IMG/VR virus record: IMGVR_UViG_3300048581_000043
Strand: one strand, 5' to 3'
Length of the DNA: 64,000 nucleotides
From: an uncultured virus (IMG/VR IMGVR_UViG_3300048581_000043)
Lineage: Duplodnaviria > Heunggongvirae > Uroviricota > Caudoviricetes
In this document: piece after piece, positions 26,489 through 36,397 of the stretch
How positions within the stretch are numbered: the stretch's first letter is position 1
How the letters are laid out: each line of letters begins with the position of its first letter
Program-made: the position numbers and the translations under genes
Notes under the pieces: generated by a model
The model's input: the letters and a program-made list of their open reading frames with translations, nothing else
Told to the model about the DNA's origin: nothing
Database searches by the model: none

Positions 26489-28297
26489 ATGTATTCGGAA
26501 TGTGAAAAATGCATACATGCCCGTAAAGAACGTTATGGACCAAAAGCTGGTGACCTAACTTGCTCTTTAATTAGACAGGATCCACTAGAAGGTCTAGATC
26601 TTACTGGCTATACGGAAGAAGATAAGAAAGCGCTTGCTAGTATTCTTGATCCCGTAGTTTGGGCTAAAGAAGAACTAGGAATAACTTTATTCGACTATCA
26701 GAGCTTAATTATCCGGTGTTCTGCTACACGTAAACTACTACGTTGTGGTAGAAGAATGGGTAAATCAGTCAGTTTATCCATTCACTCATTCCATTATGCA
26801 TTAACACATGAGCATAAAAAAATAATTATCATGGCTCCTTTGGAAGCTCAGGTAAAACTGATTTTCCAAAACTATGATGACTGGATAGATAAGTTTCCTC
26901 ATCTATCAGAATTTATAGCCAAACGTGGTCATAACCCGGATAGATTAATTTTTAAAGATGGATCTTATATTCTGGGTGTAACCGCAGGAACTAAATCTGG
27001 GCATGGTGCTGCAGGTGCTCGTGGACAAGAAGCAGATATCATCTATTTAGATGAAGCCGACTATCTTAGTCCTGAAGATATTGCTACTGTATATATTATG
27101 CTTCGTCAAACAGACCCTAACAGTACTGATGAAAAGCTTTTATGGGCTTGTTCTACGCCAACAGGTAAACGTGAAAAGTTCTATGAATGGGCTAATTCTC
27201 CCGCTTTTAAAGAATTCCATTATCCCTCACAAGTCAGTCCTCTTTGGAATGATAAAGTTGAAGAAGAAATGCAGACAGAGTATGGTGGTGCTGTCTCTAC
27301 CGCATATTCACATGAAATTTTAGCTGATTGGGGAGACTCCAATCAAGGTGTTTACCAAAACATCTTTATAGAACGAGCTATGAAGAATGCTTATGACTAT
27401 TTTGGTTCTCTTGGTTCTTGGTCTTATGGAAGTGCCCAGCCAATGGGGGGTTGCCAATATGTTTTTGGCGTAGATTGGAATTCTTCTAGTAATGGAACGC
27501 AGATAATCGTTCTAGAATACAATACTAATCTTATCAAACCCGGTGATCAAGAAAAGGGTATCAAAGGTAGATTTAGACTTGCCACGCGAGTCAATGTAGA
27601 TGCAAAAGAATTTACCCAATCCAAAGCTGTTTTAGAAATAATTCGACTCAATGAGGTATGGCACCCCAAATGGATTTATGTAGATGCGGGGTATGGTCAC
27701 ACAAACATTGAAGAACTTAAAAAATATGGTCTACTACACACTGCCTCTGGATTACAAGATAAAGTAGAAGCAATTAACTTCAGTTCTATACAGGAAGTCA
27801 GAGATCCTAGAACTAAAGCATTAATCAAAAAACCCATGAAGCCTTTTATGGTTAACAATGCTGTTAATTATTTCGAGCGTAATCTAATCGTTCTAAATAA
27901 TAATGATAAAGAACTAATAAGAGAACTTCGTAACTATTCGATTGATCATGAAACACAGAATGGCATACCTGTTTATGAAAAAGGACGAGATCATGTCCTT
28001 GATGCTTTTAATCTAGCGTTATTGGGTTATACTGTAAAATTTACAGATCTTAATAAAATTACCTTTTCTAATACCATAAGAACAGGTCCTGCAATTGGCA
28101 GCATCGATACTAATAATCCATTCCTACAAGATCCTCAAGGAATAAAGGTCATTGATCCTTTGGCTCCTAAAAAAAAGGCTATTGTTCCTAGAGAAATTCA
28201 TACCAATAATAGAATGCAAGCAAAAATGCATCGATATATTGGGAATAACACATATAAAACTGGGATGTTTGGTCCTACACGGAAGGTACAACTTTGA
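26489..28297 (+). CDS. terL: terminase large subunit
   Basis: Walker A GRRMGKS, Walker B IIYLDEAD, coupling motif STPTG, RNase H-like GVDWN / VDAGYG / DHVLDA. Confidence 0.95.
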   Translation: MYSECEKCIHARKERYGPKAGDLTCSLIRQDPLEGLDLTGYTEEDKKALASILDPVVWAKEELGITLFDYQSLIIRCSATRKLLRCGRRMGKSVSLSIHSFHYALTHEHKKIIIMAPLEAQVKLIFQNYDDWIDKFPHLSEFIAKRGHNPDRLIFKDGSYILGVTAGTKSGHGAAGARGQEADIIYLDEADYLSPEDIATVYIMLRQTDPNSTDEKLLWACSTPTGKREKFYEWANSPAFKEFHYPSQVSPLWNDKVEEEMQTEYGGAVSTAYSHEILADWGDSNQGVYQNIFIERAMKNAYDYFGSLGSWSYGSAQPMGGCQYVFGVDWNSSSNGTQIIVLEYNTNLIKPGDQEKGIKGRFRLATRVNVDAKEFTQSKAVLEIIRLNEVWHPKWIYVDAGYGHTNIEELKKYGLLHTASGLQDKVEAINFSSIQEVRDPRTKALIKKPMKPFMVNNAVNYFERNLIVLNNNDKELIRELRNYSIDHETQNGIPVYEKGRDHVLDAFNLALLGYTVKFTDLNKITFSNTIRTGPAIGSIDTNNPFLQDPQGIKVIDPLAPKKKAIVPREIHTNNRMQAKMHRYIGNNTYKTGMFGPTRKVQL

Positions 28298-30159
28298 CCA
28301 CCCCCCAAGAATTTTATAATGGTACTCCTCGGTTTAAACCTCGTAAGATCTCCAGTACGATATCTCAAGCATTAACTGCGGATACCAAAGACTTTACTAG
28401 TACGACTCCTGTTTCTACGGATTATGTTCCAGTTAGTCAACTCCAAAGTGACCTTGATAATTTAAAAACAGAGTTTGCTACCACACAAGCATTATTAGAT
28501 AACGCGGGGCAAAATCTTTCATTATGTTTGGATGTACCTGCTGCAGTTAGAGAAAGAGTTGCACGTCAAAAAGACCCCAATGAGACATGCTGGGATTTTT
28601 ATAAAAGAATGTTAGCTATTACTTACGAGTATCCAACTATTACTTTAGATGGAGATGGATTCTCTAATTCTTTGGCAGATGCCGGTAATGATATTGTATC
28701 TGACCCATTTACTAATGACGAGTTTGGTGTCTTAAATAATTACGATAATAATTACGACCTGGTTGATCAAAATCCTACCTCCACTACAAGTACGAGTGGT
28801 TATGATGAGAATCCAGGCAAATCCACTTTGTTAATGATGCTATTTCTGGCTGTTCTTAAACTTATTGTAAGTGCTGTTTTCGGAGTATTGAAGTATCCAC
28901 TAAAAATGTTAAATCGAAATACAGGTTACACCGCAGATGGAGTCGCAGCAGCAAATACTGCTGGTAGTGACGCTCTTCCACCTTCAGGTCCGGCAGCAGT
29001 GACAGCGAACTTTTTATGGAATATTACTAAAAAATTTATTCAAGCTTTTGCTTTTCAGGTCGGCATTAACCTAGCTATCAGTTGGGTAGAAAAGAAAATA
29101 AGTGCCGGACCAAAACTTAATAGAGATGTAGAAAGATTCGATGCAGTTATAGTAACTGGACATATCCAAAATCAAGCACGTTATTCTACTGAATCAGGCT
29201 GGCCAGATGCCGTTTTATTAACAAATCAAGTCGTTGCTATGCAACAACAATCAACTGCTACGCAATCCGTAGCAAACTATTACAATAGTAGTTCTTTACA
29301 GAATAATACATCATCGACGGGTCAAAATGAAGCTCAAATACCTCAAGATATGTATACGGTATTAAGTCAACAAACTGACCAGATGAGCAACTCTCTAGGT
29401 AGAATTAACGGAGCAATGCAATCTCCATTTGGCACAGATATAATGTGTTGTTTATTCAGATATCTTGGATCTTTTGATGATAAGTTTTTAAAAACAGCCA
29501 AGGCCATATTGTTATTTTCTATTAATAAACAAGCTTTACGATTCGAAAAACTAGATTCTGCATTATCTAATCTATGGCAAGTTATTAAAAATGCCATTCT
29601 GGGCACTATGATGTCTATACTTTCAAATTTAATGCAAAGTGTTAATAATAACCTTAAAAGCAGTTTGGTTATTCCTAATACTTCTATAGCTAACCAATGC
29701 GTCTCTTGGAATTTATTTGTTCAAACCATGTTAGAATACATACAGAATTTAGAAAAATCCTTATTGGAACTTATGGTAGAGTTTAACGGGCAAATGCGTT
29801 CCCAGGATAAATTTCAAAGTCTTTATATTGATGGTTTACAAAATAGTCAAAAGGCAAGGAAATTTTTACAGATTATTGATCTAATATTAGCGGCCAAGGC
29901 TAGTGGTGAATTGTGTAATGGTACAACAATTCCTACCGATGCTGAACTTACTGCCCTTTATGATCAGATCAAAAGTACTGTAGGTGCTCCTACTACCACT
30001 ACTGTTAATGGAACTAATACTTCTACTACGACCACTGCTACTGCAGTTGCAAATAGCGCAATCAATACAGTAAACTTTGAAACCTGTCTTAAGAATATTC
30101 CAGCCAATGATGTGGCTAAAGTCCAAGCCTGGATTGCTGCGTTGAAAGGTCAATCCTAA
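28294..30159 (+). CDS. hypothetical virion-associated protein
   Basis: 621-aa helical ORF between terminase and portal. Confidence 0.75.
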   Translation: MTTPQEFYNGTPRFKPRKISSTISQALTADTKDFTSTTPVSTDYVPVSQLQSDLDNLKTEFATTQALLDNAGQNLSLCLDVPAAVRERVARQKDPNETCWDFYKRMLAITYEYPTITLDGDGFSNSLADAGNDIVSDPFTNDEFGVLNNYDNNYDLVDQNPTSTTSTSGYDENPGKSTLLMMLFLAVLKLIVSAVFGVLKYPLKMLNRNTGYTADGVAAANTAGSDALPPSGPAAVTANFLWNITKKFIQAFAFQVGINLAISWVEKKISAGPKLNRDVERFDAVIVTGHIQNQARYSTESGWPDAVLLTNQVVAMQQQSTATQSVANYYNSSSLQNNTSSTGQNEAQIPQDMYTVLSQQTDQMSNSLGRINGAMQSPFGTDIMCCLFRYLGSFDDKFLKTAKAILLFSINKQALRFEKLDSALSNLWQVIKNAILGTMMSILSNLMQSVNNNLKSSLVIPNTSIANQCVSWNLFVQTMLEYIQNLEKSLLELMVEFNGQMRSQDKFQSLYIDGLQNSQKARKFLQIIDLILAAKASGELCNGTTIPTDAELTALYDQIKSTVGAPTTTTVNGTNTSTTTTATAVANSAINTVNFETCLKNIPANDVAKVQAWIAALKGQS

Positions 30160-32291
30160 TGTTACTGCCTAACGAAACTCCTTTTAAGGCTCAAGAACTT
30201 CGCACATATGTTAATCAAGTCATTAACGATACCCTTGATCCAAACAATTTTCAAATTGTTAAAAAAGCCCTTCAATCTAATGCTCCAACAACAAGGACCG
30301 CTCAACAAAGTGCAAGTACCGCAGTCCAAGATTATGATCTTAAAGTTATAGATAGGTTCTCAGATTCTGAACCTTTAGCTTTTCAATCATTTGCAAAGAT
30401 TGCAGAAAAAGTCTTAAATGGCGGATATGTCTATGCTTCAAAAGATCAAGATGCCTTACTGTATGTAAAACAGCGTCTGCGTGATTTCTCTCTAATTAGT
30501 GGTCTACCAACTCGTATTTGGATCGAACAAATAGTATTCGATCTAATTAAATATTCAAATTGTTTCATTTACAAGTATCGTGATCCAGAAGCTTCTAATG
30601 GTTCCCCTATCAATATAGATGGTAAACCCGTAGATCCTATTGCTAGCCTAATGAAATTAGATGCTACTTCTGTTACTCCAATTACAGATGACAAAGGTAA
30701 TGTGAAGAGTTATGAAATCGGTCCCACTGATACAAACGGTGGGGGCGGGGGCGGAACTAAAAAGAAGAAAGTTCCTCCCGAGGACATGTTCCATATCTAT
30801 GCTTATCGTAATAGTAGAAACAATTTAGGCACACCTTTCCTTTGGCCAGTAATGGATGATATACGTGTTCTTCGTAAAATGGAAGAAAACGTGGAAATGC
30901 TTGTCCATAAACATTTATTCCCTCTCTATCATTATATAGTTGGTACTACAGACTATCCAGCAGAACCTGAAGAAATTGAAAAAGTCCACTATGACTTGGA
31001 GCGTCTTCCTACAGAAGGTTCCTTAGTAACTCCAGAACGCCATACAATCAAGGTGGTTGGTGCCGAAGGAGAAGCTATAGATGCTTCAAAATATCTCAAT
31101 TACTTCCAAAGTCGTGTCTTACTGGGTCTAGGTATTGGCTCAGTCTCCTTCGGAGTTGGTGGAGAAGGAGCTTCAAAATCAACAGCAGAAACTATTAGTC
31201 GCTCATTGATTGAAAAAGCCAAATATTTCCAATCAGTAATTAAAGCCTTCGTAGAAGAGCAAATAATTAGTGAGATACTCAAAGAGGGCGGATACGAACA
31301 GTATGATGTTCAAAATGAAGTTGATGTATTCCTTAACTTCAACGAAATTGACATTGATACACAGATCAAGAAAGAAAACCATTATGGGTTAGTATTCGAT
31401 AATCAAGGTATTACTTATGAAGAATATAGAATGGCTCTTGGTAGAGATGCTATTCCTGAAGGTGACGAACAAGAACAACGTTTGCAGTTTAACTTATTCG
31501 GTCCAGTAGTAACAACTGATCTTGAAATTCAAGCTGATGCAGCTGCTGCTGGAGCCAAAGCAGAGATCAAATCCAAAGATAGACCATCCAACCAACATGG
31601 ACAAAATCTCTCTCCTAAACGCGCCCGAGATATGAAGATCACTGATCACAAGGCTCACGAATTAGATTCTACCAAAGAAATGTCTATGCGTGTGCGATCA
31701 TTATATGATCAGGCTCGTTCAGATGTAATTAGCGGAATCAAATCCGCCTCTTCATTAATAGATGCCAAGGACAAGGTTAACTTCACTTTAGGAATTACTA
31801 AATCAGCTATGGTATCTGCCTTAAATTCTTTTGTTAATGATGGTATTAACAAAGGTTACTCTTCCGCTTATCCTGGGAAGATTCAAGACTCATTGGCAGT
31901 CAAAGAATCAAACGCAGAATTCGAGCATTTTATTGACAAAACAATTACAAATGTTAAAAATAATGTTATAAATATATTAGACAATTCTAGTATAGATGCG
32001 ACAGATAAGCCTCTTCGTGCTTCAGCTATTTTTGACTTGCATAATCAATACATAAAAGATGCAAGTGAGACGATCATGACGAGGGCTTACAACTACGGTA
32101 AGGCACTTGCCTTTCGTAATAATGGCGAAACAATTGCCGCAATACAACCTAATGCAAGCGCATGTGATGCTTGCAAATCTAAAGCGGGAATATTAAATCT
32201 GAATCAATTAACTTTCGATTCAGTACCGCCTCATCACAAAGATTGTAATTGTGAAGTTGATATCTACAAGGTAGGACACAGCAATGGATAA
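30159..32291 (+). CDS. portal protein with C-terminal MuF/gp7-like domain
   Basis: synteny; DLIKYSNCF, GTPFLWPV-x-DD-x-R-x-LR, ITYEEYR-x-LG; C-terminal CDAC...PPHH-x-CNC. Confidence 0.85.
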   Translation: MLLPNETPFKAQELRTYVNQVINDTLDPNNFQIVKKALQSNAPTTRTAQQSASTAVQDYDLKVIDRFSDSEPLAFQSFAKIAEKVLNGGYVYASKDQDALLYVKQRLRDFSLISGLPTRIWIEQIVFDLIKYSNCFIYKYRDPEASNGSPINIDGKPVDPIASLMKLDATSVTPITDDKGNVKSYEIGPTDTNGGGGGGTKKKKVPPEDMFHIYAYRNSRNNLGTPFLWPVMDDIRVLRKMEENVEMLVHKHLFPLYHYIVGTTDYPAEPEEIEKVHYDLERLPTEGSLVTPERHTIKVVGAEGEAIDASKYLNYFQSRVLLGLGIGSVSFGVGGEGASKSTAETISRSLIEKAKYFQSVIKAFVEEQIISEILKEGGYEQYDVQNEVDVFLNFNEIDIDTQIKKENHYGLVFDNQGITYEEYRMALGRDAIPEGDEQEQRLQFNLFGPVVTTDLEIQADAAAAGAKAEIKSKDRPSNQHGQNLSPKRARDMKITDHKAHELDSTKEMSMRVRSLYDQARSDVISGIKSASSLIDAKDKVNFTLGITKSAMVSALNSFVNDGINKGYSSAYPGKIQDSLAVKESNAEFEHFIDKTITNVKNNVINILDNSSIDATDKPLRASAIFDLHNQYIKDASETIMTRAYNYGKALAFRNNGETIAAIQPNASACDACKSKAGILNLNQLTFDSVPPHHKDCNCEVDIYKVGHSNG

Positions 32292-33915
32292 AAAGAACAT
32301 TGTCCGAATCAGAGATTCATTCTCTATCCTGGATAGTATTGCTGATATCGCTCCTCGGATCAAAGATCATCTTCCTAATATGGTCCAAGATTCAGCTACC
32401 TCATCTAATAAGGTTTCTCTATTAAGTGAGATAGCCTCTACTTTCTCTGATGTAGTAAATGGTAATAATGCCTACTATCCTGAAAAATATATTAAGGATT
32501 CCGTTCTTTCTTGGACCACCCCCCACCAAAAACCAATCCTTGTTAACCACGATCCCGCAAGCAAACCTTTGGGGCGCAATGTTGGAGCTATTTATAAGCC
32601 TACCAACTTGATGCTTGCCAAGATTCAGAATGCTAAAGCATCCAGTTTAGATTCTTATGGATCCGGTCATGTTCGTAATCTAGTTAATATTCTAGATGCT
32701 GAAGCTGTTGAAATGGTATTAGATGGTCGTTTTCAAACAGTATCCGTTGGTGGTGACTCTGATAATATGATTTGCTCAATATGTGGACATGATTGGGCAA
32801 GCGGATGTAAATGTTCTCATAAATTTGGCGACGAATATGAAATGAAAGACGGCTCAATCCAATCTGCATATTGGGAAGCTGGTCCTTTGCATTGGGCTGA
32901 ACTTTCTTTCGTAAATATTCCTGCCACTGACTATGCCATGATTGTCACTAAAGACATCCATGGTGGAGATTCCGAAAAGGAACTCCTCAAGATTTATAAC
33001 TATAGCGAGGTCAATAAGAATAGATCTCCTGTAGTTGACAGCTTACGGAAACGTTATTTCACTGCATATGCTATCAATGATTCGCAAGATGGCATTATGT
33101 TAAATGAAAGAACAACCGTTGATGATCTTTATCGTGTTTATGGGAAAAGATCTGTAGTTGTAGTAGATACACAATTAAATTCAAAGGAGTCCAACTTGGC
33201 TGATTCAAACGTACCGGCCAATCCCGAGCCAGCCGCAGCTGCTCCTGCAGTTTCTCCAGTAGTTAATCCGGAGGCTGTAGTAGTAACCACTGCGACCCCA
33301 ACTCCAGCTTTTGTTGCTACGGCAACACCAGTTGTGCCGGAAACTACCGTAACACCTGCTCCTATTACAGTACCTCCGGTGGTTGTAGTAACGCCCGAGG
33401 CTGTCGTAAAGGTCGAAGCCCCTGTAGTTGCACCCAAAGATTCCAGTGATGAACTGAAAATCAAGGATGCAGAGGTTGTAAGCCTTAAGACTAAAGTTAC
33501 AACTCTTGAAGGTCAATTGAAGTCTGTACAAGATGAAAAAAATCAACTTGTTACGCAATTGACAGATTTTCAGGTTAAAATTAAACAAGAGAAGGTTAAT
33601 CAACTTTTAGACCTTAAGAAAAACCTGAATCTTGAAGTTCTTGATGAAAAAGAACGCGAGTTAAAAGTTAAAGACTTGATGGAAAGATCCAGTGATTCAA
33701 TCGAAGATCAACTCAAGGATCTTGGTCAAGTTGTAATAACGAAAATTAAAGATGTAAAAGCTTCCGGGACGAAGCCTTACATTAAAGATTCAGTGGACCC
33801 GGCCACAATTGAAGATGCTGAAGCAACTATCGAAGAGCGCGTTGATGGCATGTCAGTTGAAGATATGGCATTTGCTCTCTTTCATGGCGGAATCAATCCA
33901 CGTATTAGACAGTAA
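32284..33915 (+). CDS. prohead protease-scaffold fusion
   Basis: PILVNHD...PLGR, TVSVG, ELSFVNIPA; Pro/Val/Thr linker then coiled coil. Confidence 0.85.
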   Translation: MDKKNIVRIRDSFSILDSIADIAPRIKDHLPNMVQDSATSSNKVSLLSEIASTFSDVVNGNNAYYPEKYIKDSVLSWTTPHQKPILVNHDPASKPLGRNVGAIYKPTNLMLAKIQNAKASSLDSYGSGHVRNLVNILDAEAVEMVLDGRFQTVSVGGDSDNMICSICGHDWASGCKCSHKFGDEYEMKDGSIQSAYWEAGPLHWAELSFVNIPATDYAMIVTKDIHGGDSEKELLKIYNYSEVNKNRSPVVDSLRKRYFTAYAINDSQDGIMLNERTTVDDLYRVYGKRSVVVVDTQLNSKESNLADSNVPANPEPAAAAPAVSPVVNPEAVVVTTATPTPAFVATATPVVPETTVTPAPITVPPVVVVTPEAVVKVEAPVVAPKDSSDELKIKDAEVVSLKTKVTTLEGQLKSVQDEKNQLVTQLTDFQVKIKQEKVNQLLDLKKNLNLEVLDEKERELKVKDLMERSSDSIEDQLKDLGQVVITKIKDVKASGTKPYIKDSVDPATIEDAEATIEERVDGMSVEDMAFALFHGGINPRIRQ

Positions 33916-33945
33916 GCAGTAAAACTTTAGGGAGGAAAATAAGAC

Positions 33946-34791
33946 ATGGCATCAGAGACTATCGGTCAATCAAGTACACTACAGACCCGTAAATGGCCTT
34001 ATGTGGCACGTACTCGTCCTCGGTTTGAACTTTCCGATTCCGACAGACCAGCCGTACCGTACAAGCCCGCCCAATATCTACCCGTGACTTTAATGGATAT
34101 GGAATTGCGCGACTGGATTGTAGTTCAAAAAGGTACAATTGTATCTAGCACTTCAACAGTATTAGGTGTTACTGGCGCTACCGCTATCGGTTTGGTAGTT
34201 CCGGCCAATGGTGGAGCAGATACAGTTGATACTTATACTGTTAACGATCAGAACGCCGCAGTTCGTGATCCCAATGGTAACCTAGTTACTGCTGGTCAGA
34301 ACTATACGCGCGTTGCTAACGTTCCAATCGGCTTGGCTCAATCAGATATGTTCCAGGATATTCACGGTCGTTTCTTGAACTATGAGAATCAACCAGAAGC
34401 CTTGACCTTACTTTGCGAGCGCACGATTGAAATTCCTTACTTCACTTATGCTCAGACCGGTGCGGTTAGTCCCGCAGATGCTATTGCCCGCATGAAGTCC
34501 AAAATTGGCACACTAGCTTATGGAAACGTTGCTAACGGTTCCGCTGATCTAGTAAACTCCAGTTGGGTAATGTCTGATCCTAATGGAAGATTCGTAAAGT
34601 GGGATGGCGTTGATGTGAAGCAGGTAGTTGGGCAAGTACTTTTGCTTGACTCTTACTTCCCCAAGGACCTCTTACAATACGTTCAAACCTATCCGTTGAG
34701 TGAAATGCCTGGTTCTGAAACAGGTGGTTTCCCTGCGGCTTTGTCAATGGTCGGCGCTGTCCAGGCTGTCCGTGTACGTCTAAAGTTCTAA
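33946..34791 (+). CDS. head decoration/cement protein
   Basis: between scaffold and capsid genes; strong GGAGG RBS. Confidence 0.65.
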   Translation: MASETIGQSSTLQTRKWPYVARTRPRFELSDSDRPAVPYKPAQYLPVTLMDMELRDWIVVQKGTIVSSTSTVLGVTGATAIGLVVPANGGADTVDTYTVNDQNAAVRDPNGNLVTAGQNYTRVANVPIGLAQSDMFQDIHGRFLNYENQPEALTLLCERTIEIPYFTYAQTGAVSPADAIARMKSKIGTLAYGNVANGSADLVNSSWVMSDPNGRFVKWDGVDVKQVVGQVLLLDSYFPKDLLQYVQTYPLSEMPGSETGGFPAALSMVGAVQAVRVRLKF

Positions 34792-34818
34792 GGTAAACTA
34801 CAAGGAGGAGTTATCTAA

Positions 34819-36066
34819 ATGAGTTCATCCATACAAATCACTGATGCAGCCTTGAAGCAACGCTTCAAAGACATGCACAGGGCATTCCGTAGCATGGGCA
34901 TTGTAGATGCCAAGAACTCGGTTTCTGTTAAGGACGTACTTACTTCCTCAGACGCCACCATCTTTTTGCCTAAAGTAGTCTCTACTATGGTAAAGGAAGC
35001 AATTGAACCAAATCTAGTTATCACGGATTTGTTCCAAACAATTCGTCTTAACTCAGGTCGCTCAATTGAATTTCCTGCCATCGGCGCATTAGAGGCTGAT
35101 GAAATTGGTGAGACTGCTTCTTACCCAGAACGCGAACTCTCAGTAGGTTCAGGAAATATCGTCAACATTGCAATTTCAAAGGTTGGCGTATTGGTCCGTA
35201 TCTCTGAGGAAATGATTGAAGATTCCCAATGGGACGTAATTAATCTTCATCTTCGTGCAGCTGGTAAGGCTCTTGCCCGTAAGAAAGAACTAAAATGCTT
35301 GACCCTCTTCAATAAAATGGGCCAAAAAATCTTCGATAACGTTGAACCTACCACTGCAGTAATTGGCCCCACTACGGGTCGTGCAATCGATGGTACGTTC
35401 AATGGTGGTCTCTTCTTGGACGACCTATTCGATATGATCGCCTATCTATTGAATGTCGGTTACAATGGCAATACTCTAATCATGCATCCACTTGCCTGGA
35501 CAATGCTTGCTAAGGATCCCTATCTTCGTGAGATCGCTTGGATGGGCTTGCACCAGTGGTGGGGTGGTAAGACTGAAGGTAAAGTGGGTCAAACCGATTG
35601 GGACGATCCTACTAACCTCCGTATGCACACCACGGCTCCTAACAACTCTGATACTCGTACTGCCGTTCCTGTATCCACGTTCCCGATGCCTCTCAAGGTA
35701 TTGGTTACGCCCTTCGTTCGTTTTATTCCTCGGGGCGCACTCGTGTACAAACAGGATGGCTCACTCGCTGGCCAGACTCTAGTAACTGGAAGTGACAGCA
35801 AGGCTCTTTTCCCCTTGACTGACTTCTATGTACTAGATGACAGTGAGACGGGTGTAATCGTAGAAAAGGATCCTGTAGAAACGGAAGAATTCCGTGATCC
35901 TCTTAAGGATATCAAAAACCTTAAGATTCGGGAACGTTATGGCTTGGGCACATTGTCACAGGGCCGTTCTATCGTAGCTGCCCGTAATGTGGCTGTTGCT
36001 CTTACCTTCGCCTTCCATAATAACAACATGGCTCAGAATTTGCCAACTCCTGTTCGTAACTCGTAA
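34819..36066 (+). CDS. major capsid protein (HK97 fold)
   Basis: KVGVLVRISEEMIEDSQWD, AGKALARKKE, LIMHP, KIRERYG; AAGGAGG RBS. Confidence 0.92.
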   Translation: MSSSIQITDAALKQRFKDMHRAFRSMGIVDAKNSVSVKDVLTSSDATIFLPKVVSTMVKEAIEPNLVITDLFQTIRLNSGRSIEFPAIGALEADEIGETASYPERELSVGSGNIVNIAISKVGVLVRISEEMIEDSQWDVINLHLRAAGKALARKKELKCLTLFNKMGQKIFDNVEPTTAVIGPTTGRAIDGTFNGGLFLDDLFDMIAYLLNVGYNGNTLIMHPLAWTMLAKDPYLREIAWMGLHQWWGGKTEGKVGQTDWDDPTNLRMHTTAPNNSDTRTAVPVSTFPMPLKVLVTPFVRFIPRGALVYKQDGSLAGQTLVTGSDSKALFPLTDFYVLDDSETGVIVEKDPVETEEFRDPLKDIKNLKIRERYGLGTLSQGRSIVAARNVAVALTFAFHNNNMAQNLPTPVRNS

Positions 36067-36085
36067 TAGAGAGGTAATAATAGGA

Positions 36086-36385
36086 ATGGTACTAGAGCTA
36101 AACCAAGGGCCGGTAGGCGGGCGAACCCCGTCTGCCGGTTCTGTTTCTACTCCAAAAGTAGAAAGAACCAAACAACTTCCGCAGATTGTTCAACAAGTCG
36201 CTCCACAAGTTCTTCATACTGATCACTTACCTAATGTGAGTGAAATAGAAGAACCACAGGCTCAAATAGAAGCTTCTAGACAGATAGTTACAGTAACCGA
36301 TGAGCCAGATATAGATGAAGATGGCCAAGAAGTGGTATTCCATATACCAGAAGAAAACTTGCAGGGTTATTTACAACGCTACTAA
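36086..36385 (+). CDS. hypothetical protein
   Basis: GAGG RBS before MVLELN. Confidence 0.55.
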   Translation: MVLELNQGPVGGRTPSAGSVSTPKVERTKQLPQIVQQVAPQVLHTDHLPNVSEIEEPQAQIEASRQIVTVTDEPDIDEDGQEVVFHIPEENLQGYLQRY

Positions 36386-36397
36386 AGGAGATACGAA

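Noticed and set aside
26489..28297. Intein or intron in the terminase
   Set aside because: Normal length, contiguous motifs and no splice-junction signatures
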